This document shows, piece by piece, positions 60,001-64,000 of a DNA stretch of 64,000 nucleotides (positions are counted from its first letter, which is position 1; each line of letters opens with the position of its first letter). This stretch comes from Fimicolochytrium jonesii. Lineage: Eukaryota. Position numbers and translations under genes: made by a program. The notes under the pieces were generated by a model that made no database searches, was not told the origin of the DNA, and worked only from the letters and a program-made list of their open reading frames with translations. The stretch lies in NCBI RefSeq assembly GCF_025526975.1, contig NW_026515669.1:1-64000 (forward strand), given 5' to 3'.

Positions 60001-61755
60001 CTCCATACTTGTGCGGCATGTGCGACAAGGTCGTTTGGAACAGTTGAAAGGCGACGAGAGACACGAAGACCCTGTTGGCATCGAGGGTAGGTAGGGTCGA
60101 CACGGAATAGACCACGAGCATGATGAGGTATGCCACCGTCGGGTACCCGGTGCCGAAGAAGAACATCAACATGTTGGCTTTCGCTCGGGTCTTGATAGGC
60201 ACGAGCTCCTTGCGACGGATCTCCTCGACTTTGGCCGTGAAGATGCCCTCGAGGGTGGCCGCCTTGACCATCTTGATGCTCCGGAACAACTCCTGGGTTA
60301 AGGTCATTCGGGTGTCCATTATGTCGTTCTTTTTGCCCATCCAGTACCCCACCTTCCCCCCCACTTTCGTCGATAGCGGTCCGTTCAAGAGTAACAAGCC
60401 AATACCCACGAAGGTGGGCCATCTGAGCTGCGTGTACACGATCGCAGTGCCGAAAATGATCTGCCAGAAGCCGGTCCAGATCGTAGCTACGTTGTTGAAA
60501 GCTCCGGCTAGGGTCGACACATCGGCAGTGACGCGGGTCATGATGGCGCCGGCGGTGAACTCTTTCTTGGCTGAGGGTGACAAGATCATGCTTTTCTGCA
60601 CGATCAAGGAGGTGAGAGCAGATTGCGCCGTGATTCCCAACTTCCCTCCCAGGTACGAAGACCAAGTGGTCAGGAGAATAGTGAGCAGGTTGGCGAGCAG
60701 GCCTGCGACGGCAATGGTGACTCCAACTTCCTTTGGTTGCGGAACGCCGCCATCACCGTACGACGCGAAGAAGCCGAGGAAGGAGTCTAGCAGCACGGGC
60801 TGCACATAGGTTGCGATGGCGCCCAAGAGGGAGATGGCGAGCAGGAACAGTGCGGAGGGCCACCACGCGTAAAAGATGGCGAAAGCCAGCTCATTCTCCG
60901 ACAACTTCTCTGCTCGGGGTGGCCAGCTGCGGCCGATTACGTTCATCGCATTGTGCGGCTGTGCGGAAGCTTCAGGGGCCAGAGGTGGAACTGTCTCTGG
61001 GACGAATCCGGCCTTGCGCTGCGCCCACAGATACGAAGTAATCCAGCCGAAAAAGAGATTGGGAACAGGGGCGTATCCGGCATCGGTTATGGTCGGTTCA
61101 GAGCGTTTCCACGAGGCGACCTGCTCCAGCGTGACGAGGACGATTACCAGCGCCAGTTTGATCAGGATAGTCCATGCGATAGGACGATACGCGTCGGTCG
61201 CGAGGAAAGTAGACCGGAAGGCAATAGCTGACTCGACAGCCACCGCAGACCAGTAAACCGTCAGCATATACGGTATCGGTGTGGCGGACAGGAAATATTC
61301 GACGATTATTAGCAGAATCGCCGGCACATGCCCGAGGAGCGGTCCGATCAATGCTTGCGACGGAGCTGTGACAAGGCCAGCGAAACCGCCCTCATCATCG
61401 CCGTTGGGGCCTCGAGAGCAGATGGTTGCCACAAGAGCAATACCCGCGGCAACTTTGAGGCCAAGCGTCGGCAAAGATAAGGAAGACCGTCGCCACACAT
61501 TAAACGTTTTTGCGGCGGCACGCTGGGTTCTATCTCTTGACGCGAGAATGATGAAGACAAACAGTACGAGCCAGAGTAGTAACGTCGTGGCGAGAGGGAG
61601 AAGGACCACCGAAGAACAGACCGTCAAATCCCATGGCCGGAGTTGACTGACCGGCCCCTGAGTGAAACAGAGAAATTGCGAACGTTAGGATCAGATATGA
61701 ATGCAACACTGACGCAAGACCATCTTACCCATCCATCTCGATCGAGGCATAACAT
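57063..61755 (-). CDS. ABCC/MRP (YCF1-like) transporter with TMD0
   Basis: MLCLDRDGW|GPVSQLRPWDLTVC; NBD1 GPTGAGKS, LSGGQ, LLDD; NBD2 GRTGAGKS, FSVGQRQ, ILDEATA, IAHR. Confidence 0.95.
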
Positions 61756-62829
61756 GGCTCGTATCTCTGGGGGCTCCCAGAACGAATCGAGCTCGCGAAC
61801 TTTTCTTCTTCACAAGTACAAATGGGATCCTGACACGATCTTTCCATTTGGAAGTTTTGTTGCATCTGAGCGGTCCCTTCTTATTCTTTGGGATGTCGGT
61901 CAGACTGCATACATCTGTACATAGAGCAGTCCGCATGGGAGGGTCCGCATCCCGGCCTAAGGTCCGCATCGGGTGTCGGAAATTGGGAAGCGGCAGGATT
62001 TTCCGATTTCGAGCTACACATTGTAAAAGGGGGCCACGAAGCCGTGCGCGTTTTCGTGCTCCATGAGTTGTCCAGGCACCTGTTCGTAGTAGTACGGCCA
62101 CTCAGCCGGTCCGTTGATCTCGCGTCCTCCCCGCGGCTACTATATCTGCATAGATGATTAACTGAGAGTCTGAGACACAGTTCCTATAATCGAATTTTCT
62201 CGATAGTTAGTACCGGCCAACACGATTGTGGTCAACCAAGCTGCGCAACCCAAAGATGTTGCACGGGGAGTATTGGTATACCTCCCAGTCGAGGGCGATC
62301 CTCAGCTGCAATGCAAACTTGCTCTGGCTCTGGCAGAATTGACAGTACAAATCAGCTGTGGCCAACGGCCTAATTTGAGGACATACTGTAGGTGGCCAGA
62401 TATCTGGGTACGACGGGTTCTGCGCCCTGTCTGTGGAACCCAAAAGTCAGCGACCAGCTGCCGTCAATTCCCGTACAGTACTTCTTCAGGTGTGCAGGCA
62501 TCGGAATGATGTGTCTTTGGGGCGTCGTACCCAGATAGATATGTCGCCACCGACTGTAAAGCTGAATGTCGTGTAGCGGATACGCGACACGAATACGGAC
62601 ATTCATTGCCATTCGCGCGGGGGTTGGTGGGCTTGATACTGGTTGCCCGGTGAACGATCTACGTTCTTTGCAACGGCCGGAGGTGACTGATGAAACCCGA
62701 AGGTTGGCTCGTCGTCGAGTCGTCGAGCATAAAAAGGTTGCCTCGTCCAGAGCTCCCTCCATCCCTGAAACTCGAGTCCCGACGACTCGCCAGAGTTATA
62801 TACCCGGGCTTACAGCCTCCTTCTCGCCT

Positions 62830-64000
62830 ATGCCAGGCACTCCTCATAAAGCATCGGCGATGGTGTCAAACGAACCCTCCTGTTGCGACCGGTAAATTAA
62901 AGCCACAGCTTTGTGTTCATGATCGTAGGTGGGAAGGAGTGAGACTGACCTTTTCATCCGGCTATTCCAGGTGCAGAAAATCACATCGCGCGTGTGATCA
63001 GGGACGTCCCTGCGGACGGTGCGCCCTAAAAGGAAGCCAATGCATATATACAAAGCAGAGGTAAGCAATGAAGCGGCGGCGTACGATTTCATATGGGAAC
63101 TGAGATTAATTTCGGCCCTCAGTTTCAAAAGTAAGGCCTACAAAGCAAGTCGCACTGCCCGCAAGGAGGCTACCGTTGTGAACCACACCGCCTTTCACAG
63201 TGATCCTGCAGAACAGTGTGATAATGCACTTACCGGCCAGGAATCTCATCAAGCACCCATGATGGACGCATACATGCCAACATCAGACGAATTAGCAATA
63301 CTTTCTTCCCTCGATCAAATATGCACCGATGCGGAACTCGCAAGTTCCATGGGCTTCCCTTTTCAGACGTTCACGTTATCGCCATGCAGATATTCAGAGG
63401 GTCCACTGGATACTACCCCTTCCACGCACTCGATGGAAGCCCCTACATATGTCCCTTCCTCTTCCGACGATGCAAGCTGCAGTTCCCCATCCCGCACACT
63501 CTCCCCGGCATCCTCATCTGCGGAACACGAAAGCCCTCTGCCCACAAGACCCTCGCACAGCCGCGAGTGTGTTTGCGGCTCTCTGAGTGACACAGTGAAC
63601 AAGTTTCCTATACTTGATGCATCATGGCAACAGGACGCAAGGATATCAACAGCATCGCATCCCATGCAACGCACAGACGCAAGCAGGTCTTCCCTCGAGA
63701 GCGTCCTGGTTCGTGTGGCGTTTGTTGCCGACGAGTTGCAACAGCTTGGAGGATTGTTTGGCGCAGTGCGGAGCGTGCTGCCCATTATAAGTCAATCCGA
63801 TGCTCCGTCTCAGCAGCCGTCATCTGTCACACGATCATGGTTACAGATCTGCAGGCGCCCGGTTTATCGTCTCCGGCAGATGTTCTCAACATCGGCCTCG
63901 ATCAGAGCGGGCTCCTCATCGACGAGATGACATCGTTCGTCTCGGACTTTCAAGGGACAGAGCCTCCGACGACACCTCCGTTCCTAACATCATACGTCGC
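62830..64000 (+). CDS. Zn(II)2Cys6 transcription factor (start and 3' end uncertain)
   Basis: SCCDR|CRKSHRACDQGRPCGRCALKGSQC across an intron at ~62892-62970, followed by an S/P-rich region. Confidence 0.85.

Overview
This is intron-rich eukaryotic DNA. It is inferred to come from an early-diverging (zoosporic-type) fungus, because it combines a Zn2Cys6 factor with a class C GPCR and a ZFPL1 homologue. The left half (1 to ~31.4 kb) is a nest of mobile DNA. The outermost layer is a degenerate, spliced Academ/DUF6589-like DDE transposase gene (10071-31058, +), with a candidate right terminus at 31410. Facing away from it are an orphan gene and a 3-exon, CenH3-like histone H3 variant with a long basic C-terminal extension. 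The predicted introns of these two genes each hold a related ~73-bp palindrome. A 7.2-kb Helitron (2621-9822) sits in the intergenic region between the divergent genes. Chromovirus LTR element A (12027-24087, TSD ACAAT) interrupts the transposase, and related element B (12944-18955, TSD CCCCA) is nested antisense in the gag of A. Both show Tf1-type self-priming complementarity and a -1 frameshift signal. A 2814-bp unit is triplicated (22366-30807), and its middle copy is a recombinant of the outer two. The right half is host-like: a large LamG/cadherin-like/7TM_3/PH class C GPCR, a TM-sensor-TM-HAMP protein with no output domain, three PD-(D/E)xK-like genes, histone H2B, peroxisomal ECH1, ZFPL1, threonine aldolase, a YCF1-like ABCC transporter and a Zn2Cys6 factor. 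All calls are by eye; no database search was run.
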